From a virus: a DNA stretch of 64,000 nt. The DNA is taken from positions 96,001 through 160,000 of the IMG/VR virus record IMGVR_UViG_3300031519_006853; one strand, written 5' to 3'. Below the pieces are notes generated by a model, which saw only the letters and a program-made list of their open reading frames with translations, did not search any database and was not told the origin of the DNA. This document shows positions 25,674-35,793 of this stretch, piece after piece (position 1 is the stretch's first letter; each line of letters begins with the position of its first letter). Made by a program: the position numbers and the translations under genes.

Positions 25674-25701
25674 TAAACAAACATTAAGTTGTTGCATATA
25701 A
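25674..25701 (+). promoter_or_regulatory. Putative promoter TAAAC-N18-TATAA
   Basis: Recurrent motif upstream of ATG 25716. Confidence 0.45.
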
Positions 25702-25715
25702 AAATAAACACAATT

Positions 25716-25901
25716 ATGTCAGAATTTTTTAGAACAGCGATGGGTCGTAAATTAATTGATGGAGATATACCTAATTTGGTAAATGTCTTAGAAAGAATTG
25801 CAACTCAATTAGAAAGAAAAAACAAATTAGAGGAAAAGAAATTTATATTAGAAGAAAAAATCCAAAGACTTACAATAAAAGAATCAAATAAAAATGGCTA
25901 A
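25716..25901 (+). CDS. Small coiled-coil hypothetical protein
   Basis: MSEFFRTAMGRKL; start reassigned from 25689. Confidence 0.6.
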   Translation: MSEFFRTAMGRKLIDGDIPNLVNVLERIATQLERKNKLEEKKFILEEKIQRLTIKESNKNG

Positions 25902-26160
25902 AGGGGATATTACATATAAACAATTTATTGCTCACATGGATAAGGGTAGTAAAGTTTATATGAAAAAACCTAAGTCATGGCAAAAAGTCTGGTTTTGGTG
26001 GGAGAGCAAAAAAGACAAATGGTTTTTAAATAAAGCATTTGATAAAAGAACAGATGGAAGAGTAGAACCAGAGCCTTCAGTATGGATAACTGCAAAACAA
26101 ATGGACTCTCATTTTAATTTTATGTCAAGACAAGGTTATAAATATCATATAGATGAATAA
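25894..26160 (+). CDS. Hypothetical protein
   Basis: ORF track. Confidence 0.6.
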   Translation: MAKGDITYKQFIAHMDKGSKVYMKKPKSWQKVWFWWESKKDKWFLNKAFDKRTDGRVEPEPSVWITAKQMDSHFNFMSRQGYKYHIDE

Positions 26161-26497
26161 ATTACTATTAGCATTTGCATTGTTCTTTACTGGGCAAGCT
26201 GCAATATGGTTTCAAACAAATGGACAATTTGTATGGCCTTGGTTTAAAAAGAATCCTTTAACAGTATCAGTTCTATTTGGTACTGCAATTAGTTACATAT
26301 TAATATATGGTACTAAGTTTATGGTTGAATACTATGATGGCTTACTATGGCCAGGTAGATTTATTGCCTTTGGGTCTGGTATTATTTCTTTTACGTTTTT
26401 AACATGGTTTTTTCTTGGTGAAGGAATTACGACTAAAACAGTAGTCTCATTATTCATAGCATGTAGTTTAATTGGTATACAACTTCTTTGGAAATAA
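26153..26497 (+). CDS. Small multi-pass membrane protein (DMT/SMR-like size)
   Basis: Four hydrophobic helices in 114 aa. Confidence 0.6.
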   Translation: MNKLLLAFALFFTGQAAIWFQTNGQFVWPWFKKNPLTVSVLFGTAISYILIYGTKFMVEYYDGLLWPGRFIAFGSGIISFTFLTWFFLGEGITTKTVVSLFIACSLIGIQLLWK

Positions 26498-27324
26498 TGA
26501 AAGACCCTTATAACATATTAGGAGTAGATAAATCTTCATCAGCTGATGATATTAAAAAAGCTTATAGAAAATTAGCTAAAAAATATCACCCAGATACTAC
26601 AAATGGAAATGAAGAAAAATTTAAAGAAGCAGCTGATGCATACGAAACTTTAGGTAATACTCAAAAGAAAGCACAGTATGACCAAATGCAATCTAATCCA
26701 TTTGGTAATTTTGGAGGTGGTGATTTTAATGATAGTATGTTTGAAGATTTACTTAGAAATCAAAATTTTAGTGGGGCGTTTAATCAGAGGTATGGATATA
26801 ATACAAAGGGTAGGAATACAACAGGTGTTTTAAGAATAACTTTAGCTGATGCTTATTACGGAACAAGTAGGGATGTAAACATTGGAATGAAAACAATAAA
26901 ACTTGATATCCCACCAGGAATACGAAATGGACAAAAGCTAAGATTAAAAGGACTAGGGCAAAGAGGCCAAACTGAAGAATTAAGCGGTGATCTTATTATG
27001 AACATTGAAGTTATAAATGATACTAACTTTTTTCTAGATAATCAAGGTTTGCATACTGTTAAGAATATAAGTATGTATGATGCCATACTTGGTGGAAAGG
27101 ATTCTATTAATTGTTATGATAAAATTATATCTTTTTCAATACCAAGAGGAACTACTAATGGAAAAGTATTGAGAGTTAAAGGAAAAGGGTTTCCTGTTTA
27201 TAAACAAGAAGGTAAGTATTCAGATTTACTTATAAGTGTAATAGTTGATATTCCAACTAATTTAGATAAGGAAGATGAAATATTAATTAAAAAAATTAAA
27301 GATAAGCATAATGGAAAAGGGTAA
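26488..27324 (+). CDS. dnaJ: DnaJ class II (CbpA-like) co-chaperone
   Basis: DPYNILGV, KKAYRKLAKKYHPD, short G/F region, C-terminal domain GQKLRLKGLG..GDL; no zinc finger. Confidence 0.92.
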   Translation: MEIMKDPYNILGVDKSSSADDIKKAYRKLAKKYHPDTTNGNEEKFKEAADAYETLGNTQKKAQYDQMQSNPFGNFGGGDFNDSMFEDLLRNQNFSGAFNQRYGYNTKGRNTTGVLRITLADAYYGTSRDVNIGMKTIKLDIPPGIRNGQKLRLKGLGQRGQTEELSGDLIMNIEVINDTNFFLDNQGLHTVKNISMYDAILGGKDSINCYDKIISFSIPRGTTNGKVLRVKGKGFPVYKQEGKYSDLLISVIVDIPTNLDKEDEILIKKIKDKHNGKG

Positions 27325-27601
27325 CGGTTTTAGTGATGATTTTATTAGAAGTCTTTTACTAACATTAGAGCAAACAGATTTTGCTGAATTTATGAAATTA
27401 TCATATCATGTAGTAATGCAGAGTCCTAGCGCAGTTTTAAAAAGAAGAGACTCTATGGAATTAAAGCTAAAAAGTATTAATGGGATGATTAAATATTTTG
27501 AAGAAACTGAAGAATATGAAAAATGTACTAATTTACAAAAATTAAAATCAATGTTATTTGTAATTCCACCAGATGATGATGATCATAAAACTTTTAATTA
27601 A
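27311..27601 (+). CDS. Small protein with C-terminal UVR-like motif
   Basis: YFEETEEYEKCTNLQKL. Confidence 0.5.
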   Translation: MEKGNGFSDDFIRSLLLTLEQTDFAEFMKLSYHVVMQSPSAVLKRRDSMELKLKSINGMIKYFEETEEYEKCTNLQKLKSMLFVIPPDDDDHKTFN

Positions 27602-27613
27602 TTTTACATATAA
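27588..27613 (+). promoter_or_regulatory. Putative promoter AAAC-N17-TATAA
   Basis: Recurrent motif upstream of ATG 27631. Confidence 0.45.
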
Positions 27614-27630
27614 CTAATAAATCAATCAAT

Positions 27631-27801
27631 ATGAACTTTTTAGAATTTATATTTCAATCATTTTGGCATTTTATAGGATGCGTATTTCTTTTAGCTATTG
27701 TAGTTCAGTGGAAACCTTTTGTATCTTCTAGACACCAAGGTCTAACTACCAAACAATTTAATGATATATTAGAAGAGCTTAAAAAGAAAAAGAGTAAGTA
27801 A
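27631..27801 (+). CDS. Small membrane protein
   Basis: MNFLEFIFQSFWHFIGCVFLL, 56 aa. Confidence 0.6.
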   Translation: MNFLEFIFQSFWHFIGCVFLLAIVVQWKPFVSSRHQGLTTKQFNDILEELKKKKSK

Positions 27802-27808
27802 TTTTTAT

Positions 27809-27881
27809 TGTCCTATGGTGTAACTGGCAACACGTCTGTTTTTGGTACAGAAGAGTCGAGGTTCGAGCCCTTGTGGGACAA
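27809..27881 (+). tRNA. tRNA-Gln(UUG)
   Basis: Acceptor TGTCCTA/TGGGACA, anticodon arm TCTGT-TTTTGGT-ACAGA, GTTCGAGC. Confidence 0.92.
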
Positions 27882-27896
27882 CTATTTGTTTTAAAA

Positions 27897-27991
27897 TTGT
27901 TAATAACTTTTTGAAAATAACGTGAATTTATAGTTCAGAACCGAGAAAATTGTATTATATTTATATTATAATAAATTAAACAAAACGGAAT
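27897..27991 (+). promoter_or_regulatory. Promoter cassette copy 8 (subtype B)
   Basis: Same blocks; middle block TATAGTTCAGAACC. Confidence 0.8.
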
Positions 27992-29293
27992 ATGACTGAA
28001 CTAACAAAAAACCTAAATTATCTACAATCATTTATTGATGAAATGAATGATTCATCTTCGGGTAATTACAAAATTGAAACTATTAAGAAACACTCTGATA
28101 GTAAATTTCTACAAATGATTTTTAATTATACTTATAATCCTTATAAGAAATATAATGTAACTTCAAAAAATTGTAAAAAGAATTTTGATTTACTTGGCCA
28201 TGCAAATACTTATGGTAGTATCTTTACTATATTAAATGATTTAGCAAACAGAGTTTCTACTGGGCATACTTCAATTGCAAATGTTAACAGATTTATCTTA
28301 GAAAATAAACAACATGAAACTCTTATTTATAATATTATTGATAGAGACCTTAAAATGGGTGCATCTACCAGTTCTATTAACAAAGTAATTCCAGGATGTA
28401 TACCAACATTCAAGGTTGCATTAGCAAATCCTTATAATGTAAAAAGAGTAGATTTCAAAAGTGGAGACTGGTACGGTTCTAGAAAATTAGATGGAGTTCG
28501 TTGTATTTGCCGAAAAGAAAATGATATAGTAACATTCTTTTCTAGGAGTGGTAAAGAATTTTTAACATTAGGTAATTTAGAAAATGAAATTCTAAAGATT
28601 CCAGGTAACTTTATTTTAGATGGAGAAATCTGTATGGTTGATAAAGATGGCAATGAAGATTTTCAAGGAATCATGAAACAGATTAGAAAAAAGGATCATC
28701 AAATTGAAAAACCTAAATTCTTTGTATTTGATTATTTAACCTTAGAACAATTTGATAATCAAACTGGAACTACACCATTAACATTAAGATTAAGAAATGG
28801 TTATCATAACTTACCAAATGATGTTAACTATGATATGTTAGAATTCTTACCACAAGAACAATTAACTACCGAAGAACAATTTACTGAAATGGCAAAGGCT
28901 GCTGAAGATGCAGGATTTGAAGGAATCATGGTTAGAAAGAATGTAGGCTATGAAGGTAAAAGAAGCCATAATCTACTAAAGGTTAAAAAATTCCATGATG
29001 CAGAATATACCGTCTTAGGAACTACCAATGCATTTATCCGATGGACAGAAAATGGTAAACAAGTAGAAAGAGAATGTTTAAGTAACATTACAATTGAACA
29101 TAAAGGTTGTAAAGTAAATGTAGGATCAGGATTTTCTAAAGAACAAAGAGAAATGTACTTTGATTTTCCACAGAATATTATAGGTAAGACTGTAACAATT
29201 CAATACTTTGAGGAAACTAAAAATCAAAACGGAGGATTCAGTTTAAGGTTTCCTGTATTAAAACATGTTTATACCAATGGCAGAGATTGCTAA
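27992..29293 (+). CDS. lig: ATP-dependent DNA ligase
   Basis: SRKLDGVR (KxDG), LDGEI, EGIMVRK, KVKK, VGSGFS, LRFP. Confidence 0.93.
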   Translation: MTELTKNLNYLQSFIDEMNDSSSGNYKIETIKKHSDSKFLQMIFNYTYNPYKKYNVTSKNCKKNFDLLGHANTYGSIFTILNDLANRVSTGHTSIANVNRFILENKQHETLIYNIIDRDLKMGASTSSINKVIPGCIPTFKVALANPYNVKRVDFKSGDWYGSRKLDGVRCICRKENDIVTFFSRSGKEFLTLGNLENEILKIPGNFILDGEICMVDKDGNEDFQGIMKQIRKKDHQIEKPKFFVFDYLTLEQFDNQTGTTPLTLRLRNGYHNLPNDVNYDMLEFLPQEQLTTEEQFTEMAKAAEDAGFEGIMVRKNVGYEGKRSHNLLKVKKFHDAEYTVLGTTNAFIRWTENGKQVERECLSNITIEHKGCKVNVGSGFSKEQREMYFDFPQNIIGKTVTIQYFEETKNQNGGFSLRFPVLKHVYTNGRDC

Positions 29294-29366
29294 TCACAGA
29301 CACCTTTTAAGTACATCTAGTGAATTAATCCAACTTTGTTGATAAATAATAAAAGGAAAATTTAAA

Positions 29367-29948
29367 GTGAGGCTATTTGAAGCAAATAAAAGAAATGCAA
29401 TTACCATATTTGATGTGGATGATACTCTTGTAGTTACTCGTAGTAAAATTAAAGTTCATAATCCTAAAACTGGCTTTTCAGCTGATCTTACTCCACAAGA
29501 ATTTAATACATTTAAGACTAGACCAAATGATAAAATGGATTTTTCAGATTTTCAAAGTTTGGATATTCTTAAAGCTGGTAAAATTATTGAATGGGTTTTC
29601 TCAATATTAAAAAGAACTATACAAAAAGGTAAGGCTGTTGGTATTATAACAGCAAGAGATGATTCAAAACTTATTCAACAATTTTTGTCTCATAATGGAA
29701 TTAACATAAACCCACAATACATATTTGCTATTAATGATTCTTCATTAGGATTTAAAGGTTCTACATCAGAGAAGAAAAAGGAAGCATTTAAAAAATTCAT
29801 AGATATGGGATTTAATGATTTTACATTTTTTGATGATGATGAAGATAATATTAAATTAGCTAAGTCTTTAAGTAAAGAACCTAATATTAAAATGAAAGCT
29901 AAACTAATTAAAAGCAAATGGATTCCAAAATTCGACGACTTCAAGTAA
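29367..29948 (+). CDS. HAD-superfamily hydrolase-like protein
   Basis: IFDVDDTL, ITAR, FFDDD; GTG start, N-terminus MRLFEA. Confidence 0.7.
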   Translation: MRLFEANKRNAITIFDVDDTLVVTRSKIKVHNPKTGFSADLTPQEFNTFKTRPNDKMDFSDFQSLDILKAGKIIEWVFSILKRTIQKGKAVGIITARDDSKLIQQFLSHNGININPQYIFAINDSSLGFKGSTSEKKKEAFKKFIDMGFNDFTFFDDDEDNIKLAKSLSKEPNIKMKAKLIKSKWIPKFDDFK

Positions 29949-30391
29949 AGATAGAAACCTTTTCTAAAATTTTAGATAATATAAAAAATCTTTCCAATTC
30001 TTCAACAACCAAAGTAGGGTGCATTGCATTAAGAAAGGATTTTAGTAAAATTGCAAGCTTTGGTTATAACGGATCTTATAGTGGTGCAAATGATAATGAA
30101 AAAACAGGTACCGAAGAAGATAGTCTAATACCAGGGGAAAGTGGCTTTATTCATGCTGAGGTAAATATGATTGCTAAATTTAAAGAACATGACCCCGAAA
30201 ATTACATTGTTCTTTTAACATTGTCTCCATGTAAAATGTGTACAAAAATTCTAGTTAATGCTGGATTTAAACATGTATATTGGATTGATGATTATCGTAA
30301 CCTAGATCATTTACAAATTTTTAAACAATGTAATATTACAAATGGGCCTATATCATTACTCGCAGATGACTACCATCTAATCAAAGACTGA
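29918..30391 (+). CDS. dCMP deaminase
   Basis: KVGCI, GYNG, HAEVN, TLSPCKMC. Confidence 0.9.
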   Translation: MDSKIRRLQVKIETFSKILDNIKNLSNSSTTKVGCIALRKDFSKIASFGYNGSYSGANDNEKTGTEEDSLIPGESGFIHAEVNMIAKFKEHDPENYIVLLTLSPCKMCTKILVNAGFKHVYWIDDYRNLDHLQIFKQCNITNGPISLLADDYHLIKD

Positions 30392-30399
30392 ATATATAA
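30391..30399 (+). promoter_or_regulatory. Late-type promoter motif AATATATAA
   Basis: Recurrent intergenic motif. Confidence 0.5.
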
Positions 30400-30416
30400 A
30401 AAAATAATAGATCCCA

Positions 30417-30992
30417 TTGATTTTAGAAGGAATAACATTTAAGTTAGCTTTAGACTTTTTTACCTTTTTGAAAAAAAATAAAATAACCTCTACAAGTATA
30501 AAGGTTGATTTTTTCAATAGAGTGAAACATGAATATATTGATTTTGCAGATGTTACTGCGATGGAAGTATACTACAGTACTAATTATAGTCCTCTTAATA
30601 ATTGTAACTTAGGAGATTTGGTTTCTATTTCATTTTTCTTAGCCACGAGTAATCTTTATGATTTTACAACCGAATTCAAAGCAATGGATGTTACTAATAA
30701 CCTAAAGCTTGAAACAGGTTCTGCATATGATAGACAACGAAAAGCCGGAAGACAAGTATTTATAGATAGGCAAATTCAATTAATCAAGAATGCAGTTACT
30801 GATTATGTAAAGTATTACTCAGAGTTAAAATATATTTATGTAACTGGAATTTATTCACCTTGTTATGCAGTACCAGGTTGGTCTGAAAACACATGGTATC
30901 TTAAATCTTTCCGTGAAGCATTTATTTCACCAAAGGATACTTCGCAGTTTCCATACAATGATGTAAAGATTGAGGAATTCCCCCCAAACTAA
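30417..30992 (+). CDS. Hypothetical protein
   Basis: TTG start downstream of a late-type motif. Confidence 0.6.
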   Translation: MILEGITFKLALDFFTFLKKNKITSTSIKVDFFNRVKHEYIDFADVTAMEVYYSTNYSPLNNCNLGDLVSISFFLATSNLYDFTTEFKAMDVTNNLKLETGSAYDRQRKAGRQVFIDRQIQLIKNAVTDYVKYYSELKYIYVTGIYSPCYAVPGWSENTWYLKSFREAFISPKDTSQFPYNDVKIEEFPPN

Positions 30993-31000
30993 ATATATAA
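30992..31000 (+). promoter_or_regulatory. Late-type promoter motif AATATATAA
   Basis: Upstream of the tail-fibre gene. Confidence 0.55.
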
Positions 31001-31033
31001 AGAAGAAGAATAAATAAAAAAATATTTAACTCA

Positions 31034-34000
31034 ATGGCAACGTCATTTAACCTACAAGAATATATTCTTTTCAGAACAGAAATAAAAAGAGAGCTCACCA
31101 ATAACGAGGTTGATACTAATTTTAAAATGGTAGCTAACCCATGGGAAACTACTAGAATATATGAAATAGGAAACATTGTATATCATCCTGTTATCGTGGA
31201 TGATCCTGCTACTACAGGTGAAGATCAAGTCTTAGCTTGGTGGAGAGCAAATGCAAGAACTACACAAGGTGTATTTGATACTAGTCAATGGGATATAATC
31301 GGTGGATTAGGTTCAGGTAATATTAATATACAAGGATCAGTAGGTTTTGGAAAAATTAATGTAAATTCAACTGCTGCTGCATCATTCCAAGCAGGTAATG
31401 ATGCTTTAATAACTTCAACTACACCTAATGATACTTTTAATTTTATTGCAGGGCAAGGAATGCAACTACAATATGATTTAACTTCTAAGTCAATAAAGTT
31501 AGTAAACACACTAGCTGCTAATCCAGGTGAGGTTAATGTAGGTGAAAATATTGGAACAGGAACTGGGCACCAGGATGTTTATGCTGGTAAGGTTGGTCTT
31601 AATTTACAATTTAATGGATTTCAGTCAACCAATACTGGTACAGGCGATGCATTATCTATAAGTACAAATAGTACACAAAAAAATATTGAATATAATTTTA
31701 ATGAAGGGTTAGTTGATCTTGCTGAATTAAATAGCGGAGTACCAACAATTGGTATGCTATCTGATGTATCTCCGAATGTTCCTAATCCTCAAGATATTTT
31801 ACAATGGAATGTTGGTAATGGTTTATGGACTCCAATACCATTAGGCTCATTAGGACAAGTAAATATTTATGGTAATGATGGAAGTATTGCATCAGCAGGA
31901 AGGATTGTTTCTTTAAATGGTGGGGCTGGGCAATTACAATTTAATAGGATTAATGAAGCTGGTACAGGTATACATTTTGAAAATACAGCAGCTACTCATC
32001 AATTACAATTAAGAAATGCTGCTGCAAATGGAAATGCTGCAACACAATATACTTTAAATGCTTTAATAAAAGCTACAGCGGGTATATTTGGTGGATCTAG
32101 TGAAGATTCATTTGGAATTAATATAGGTACTACCGGGTTAGCAGGTTTATCTGTAGATGCTTTAAGTATATCTAGTAATAGTGAATTATTCATACCTCAG
32201 ATTGCTACAGATACGGTTACAGCAGCGAGTGTTAATTTTAGAATTCCTTTTGTTAATGAGGGAACAGTTGTTCCTGGAAATACTGCGGTGGATACAGGTA
32301 AGTTTGAATCTACTAATAATTATAGATTAAGTTCTTATTCTGATCAAGGCGGAGCTGTTGATATGATTTCTATTTTACATGAAGGAGATTATGCATTAAC
32401 TGGTGTAAGTACTTTAAATACTACTTCAACTACATCATTCTCGTTTGATAATGAACATGACTTTGGTGCTACTTCAGGTTTAAGAGTTGGGTACGGTTTA
32501 TACATGAATTATAAGACACCTACAAATATTGAAGGTGTTAATATTTTACAGTGGATGGATAAGATAAATACTCGCTATATAGGAAGCCAAATACAAACAG
32601 ATTCAACTAGTGATATAGCTACCAAGTATATTGGTTCTAATATTGCACTTGATAATAAAACAGGTGTAGCAATTAATGTTGGTCAAATTATTTCATTTAC
32701 TGGTAGCGGAACAGATCCACAGAGAGTTGGTCTGTATTCTAATGTTATAGATTCAGAAGCAAGCTCTGATAGCGAACCAGTGTTAACTGATTTAATTGCT
32801 GATAATGGTACATGGGCTGGTTATTTTGTAGGTTGTGTTAATATTAAAGATGGTGGATTAGTTCTACCTTCTTCAACTTTTGCAAACAGACCATTATGTA
32901 ATGATGTAAGTGGTGGAACAGTTGCAGATAGAACTCTATGGATTAATTCTGCAAATGGACATTTATATAGAGGAGAGGTTGATGTCGAAGATGTCTTTGG
33001 TTCTATTGGATTAACAAATTTAACTGATGTTGATATTACAAATGTTCAAGATGATCAACTCTTAGTATATAATAGTTCTACAAGTAAATGGGAAAATGCA
33101 AGTTTATCTGCGTATAATTTAAATGCTATTGATTTAACAGGTGGTGGCGTAAGTTTACAATTAAGTGATGGTGTGGCTAGTAGTGATATTGATTTATTGC
33201 CTGGTACAGGTATATCTTTTAGTGTAGATGAAGCAACTGATGAAATAACTATTACTGCAACTGGTGGTAGTGGGGCGCAAGGTGCAGCAGGACAACAAGG
33301 AGCAACAGGAGCAGGACAACAAGGTGCAGCAGGACAGCAAGGTGATAATGGTGCTCAAGGTAATAATGGTGCTCAAGGTAATAATGGTGCTCAAGGTGCA
33401 GCAGGACAACAAGGAGCAACAGGAGCAGGACAACAAGGTGCAGCAGGACAGCAAGGTGATACTGGTGCTCAAGGTGCAGCAGGACAACAAGGAGCAACAG
33501 GAGCAGGACAACAAGGTGCAGCAGGGCAACAAGGTGCAGCAGGACAACAAGGTGCAGCAGGACAACAAGGTGATACAGGAGCTCAAGGTGATACAGGAGC
33601 TCAAGGTGCAGCAGGACAACAAGGTGATACAGGAGCTCAAGGTGCAGCGGGACAGCAAGGTGCAGCAGGACAACAAGGTGCAGCAGGACAACAAGGTGCA
33701 GCAGGACAACAAGGTGCAGCAGGACAACAAGGTGCAGCAGGACAACAAGGTGCAGCAGGACAACAAGGTGCAGCAGGTGGTTGTGTTGAAATATTATCAA
33801 CAAATTATATTTCACGGAATCCATTAAATGCAGGTTCACTTCAAAATTTTGAAGTTGCCGTAGATGTAGTATCTGGAGATTTTACATCAAATATTCAACG
33901 AATATTTTTAGGTTTTACTAGTGGTGCTATACAACCGACTACAGGTTTACCAATAGGTAGTACAATAACACTATCAGAATCGCCTGCAAATACTGTAACA

Positions 34001-34747
34001 TCTGTGTATACTGTAACTGCTTCGTCTGTAGTTGGCGTTACAGGAAATCTATATAATGTTACTTTTCTTTCTGGTAATGATATTAGTAATACTGGGACAC
34101 CGCATCGAGTATGTACTTCAACTGCAGGAATACAAGGTGCGCAAGGTGATATAGGAGCAAGCGGTGGCTTTAGTACTATTGCTCAGTCATCTATGTCAGG
34201 AGGCGGAAATGCCCCAGCTAAAATAACAAATGGTTATGCATTTGGGTATAAGGTTGCTTCATTTGCATCTTCACCAGCTACTTATACTGGATCTGGTGAA
34301 TTAATGATAGAAAATACAGGAGCCTCTTGGCCGATCTACCAATTAGGTGTATTTAATCCTATGGGTGTTACTAGGACGAATACTAGAGCCATGAGATTAA
34401 TTGCAAATATTACTTTACATGGAAATAAATCAGTTACAAATGTACAAAGAACATGCCATTTTATAGTGGAAAGAATTAATGTCTTAGGTCCTAATACTGC
34501 ATTTACTACACTGGGAGCAACAGCAGTTAATGAATACTCATCTACTGATCAAACACCTGCTATAGTATCAGGAGCTACGTTTGCCCATAACTTTCAAATT
34601 TCAGATTCATTTACTATGTTAGCATTCAATAGTGCAGATCTGATATCTGTAGGCTTTGGTTTTTCTGAAGTAGGTGGTGCATTTATACCAGCAGATTTTG
34701 ACTTTAGCCTTACATGGAAAATTGTTGAAGAAGGAGCAGCATCGTAA
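31034..34747 (+). CDS. Tail fibre protein with collagen-like domain
   Basis: [11 protein letters not shown] fibre-type N-terminus, LTNLTDV repeat, about 50 Gly-X-Y triplets, beta-rich C-terminus. Confidence 0.8.
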   Translation: MATSFNLQEYILFRTEIKRELTNNEVDTNFKMVANPWETTRIYEIGNIVYHPVIVDDPATTGEDQVLAWWRANARTTQGVFDTSQWDIIGGLGSGNINIQGSVGFGKINVNSTAAASFQAGNDALITSTTPNDTFNFIAGQGMQLQYDLTSKSIKLVNTLAANPGEVNVGENIGTGTGHQDVYAGKVGLNLQFNGFQSTNTGTGDALSISTNSTQKNIEYNFNEGLVDLAELNSGVPTIGMLSDVSPNVPNPQDILQWNVGNGLWTPIPLGSLGQVNIYGNDGSIASAGRIVSLNGGAGQLQFNRINEAGTGIHFENTAATHQLQLRNAAANGNAATQYTLNALIKATAGIFGGSSEDSFGINIGTTGLAGLSVDALSISSNSELFIPQIATDTVTAASVNFRIPFVNEGTVVPGNTAVDTGKFESTNNYRLSSYSDQGGAVDMISILHEGDYALTGVSTLNTTSTTSFSFDNEHDFGATSGLRVGYGLYMNYKTPTNIEGVNILQWMDKINTRYIGSQIQTDSTSDIATKYIGSNIALDNKTGVAINVGQIISFTGSGTDPQRVGLYSNVIDSEASSDSEPVLTDLIADNGTWAGYFVGCVNIKDGGLVLPSSTFANRPLCNDVSGGTVADRTLWINSANGHLYRGEVDVEDVFGSIGLTNLTDVDITNVQDDQLLVYNSSTSKWENASLSAYNLNAIDLTGGGVSLQLSDGVASSDIDLLPGTGISFSVDEATDEITITATGGSGAQGAAGQQGATGAGQQGAAGQQGDNGAQGNNGAQGNNGAQGAAGQQGATGAGQQGAAGQQGDTGAQGAAGQQGATGAGQQGAAGQQGAAGQQGAAGQQGDTGAQGDTGAQGAAGQQGDTGAQGAAGQQGAAGQQGAAGQQGAAGQQGAAGQQGAAGQQGAAGQQGAAGGCVEILSTNYISRNPLNAGSLQNFEVAVDVVSGDFTSNIQRIFLGFTSGAIQPTTGLPIGSTITLSESPANTVTSVYTVTASSVVGVTGNLYNVTFLSGNDISNTGTPHRVCTSTAGIQGAQGDIGASGGFSTIAQSSMSGGGNAPAKITNGYAFGYKVASFASSPATYTGSGELMIENTGASWPIYQLGVFNPMGVTRTNTRAMRLIANITLHGNKSVTNVQRTCHFIVERINVLGPNTAFTTLGATAVNEYSSTDQTPAIVSGATFAHNFQISDSFTMLAFNSADLISVGFGFSEVGGAFIPADFDFSLTWKIVEEGAAS
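33272..33779 (+). repeat. Collagen-coding tandem repeats
   Basis: 18-bp unit GGTGCAGCAGGACAACAA, six perfect tandem copies at 33659-33766 plus interspersed variants. Confidence 0.95.
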
Positions 34748-34750
34748 TCT

Positions 34751-34777
34751 TAAACAATTATTATATTTAATGTATAA
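34751..34777 (+). promoter_or_regulatory. Putative promoter TAAAC-N17-TATAA
   Basis: Recurrent motif upstream of ATG 34795. Confidence 0.45.
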
Positions 34778-34794
34778 TAATAAATACACAAATA

Positions 34795-35367
34795 ATGCAA
34801 AAGGATAATACTGAGGAAAACATACTAGGTGTGAATTCACCTTTACCTGGTGAGAAAACCGAAGAAGCAACAGATAGTAAATATTTTCAATGGATTAAAG
34901 GTGAAGATACTGGTACAGTAGTTAATATTAAAGATATAGATGATCAATGGATTAATTTTACCAACGGTCGTAGATTGGCTAAAGATCTTAGGGATGAATT
35001 TATTCAACCATTAGATGAAGAGCTTGCTAAAGAATTTATAAAAACTGAAGCAACGCCTACTTTACTATCCACACCAATTAGTGTAGCAGTTAGCAATGAC
35101 GCACCAATTTCTGTAAAGCAAATTTCACCTATTAGAGTTTTATTTAATAAGCAAAAGAAAAATAATAAAGTAAAACTTCTTTTAGAATTTCCTATAAACA
35201 TTCCAACAAAAGGCGTTTATGAATTAATGAGTACATCATTTGATAAAGAAGAGGTTGATGAAAAGTTACATGACTTTATTTCAGAGCAATTAGATGAAGA
35301 TGAAATTACTGATTGTTTATTTGATAGTATTAAATCATTAATCGAGAGCAAGTACAAAGGCGAATAG
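34795..35367 (+). CDS. Hypothetical protein
   Basis: ORF track. Confidence 0.7.
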   Translation: MQKDNTEENILGVNSPLPGEKTEEATDSKYFQWIKGEDTGTVVNIKDIDDQWINFTNGRRLAKDLRDEFIQPLDEELAKEFIKTEATPTLLSTPISVAVSNDAPISVKQISPIRVLFNKQKKNNKVKLLLEFPINIPTKGVYELMSTSFDKEEVDEKLHDFISEQLDEDEITDCLFDSIKSLIESKYKGE

Positions 35368-35384
35368 CATACTTTATAACTAGT

Positions 35385-35393
35385 AATATATAA
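35385..35393 (+). promoter_or_regulatory. Late-type promoter motif AATATATAA
   Basis: Recurrent intergenic motif. Confidence 0.5.
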
Positions 35394-35406
35394 TAAAATC
35401 AATCAT

Positions 35407-35793
35407 ATGAACGAGACTACAAATCAAAGAATACCAAATCGTAGCCAAAGAAGAAGGGCAATGAAACACCAAGGAATCTTAAAAATGAAAAGTAAATTAT
35501 CATTAAAAGATTGGACCGAATTATGCAAACAAACAAGAGAAAAAGGTAATGAGATTCATGCTGCTAATGTTGATGCTTCTGAAAAATCTACTTATGCTGC
35601 ATTAGAAGCTGCTGAGGTTATTCATATAAGTAGATGGAAAGAAGAAGGATATACAGATAAAGAAATAGAAAAATTAAGAGAAGCATATTCTCTTATAATG
35701 ATTAAAGATAAATCTACATGGCATACTGATAAAAAAGTTGCAAGAAAAACAATCAAAGAATTAGCATCTAAATTATATAATAGAAAATCGTAA
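35407..35793 (+). CDS. Hypothetical basic protein
   Basis: ORF track; NRSQRRRAMK. Confidence 0.7.
   Translation: MNETTNQRIPNRSQRRRAMKHQGILKMKSKLSLKDWTELCKQTREKGNEIHAANVDASEKSTYAALEAAEVIHISRWKEEGYTDKEIEKLREAYSLIMIKDKSTWHTDKKVARKTIKELASKLYNRKS

Noticed and set aside
9060-27991. Cassette repeats as CRISPR repeats or insertion-sequence ends
   Set aside because: Irregular spacing of 0.45-6 kb with whole genes between copies; no cas gene or transposase in the window
33659-33766. 18-bp tandem repeat as a possible CRISPR array
   Set aside because: No unique spacers; it is in-frame collagen coding sequence
33194-33839. Three alternative-frame ORFs (33194-33766 minus, 33252-33839 minus, 33264-33827 plus) with LLSCCT, HLVVLL and VQQDNK repeats
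   Set aside because: Shadow frames of the stop-free collagen repeat inside the fibre gene
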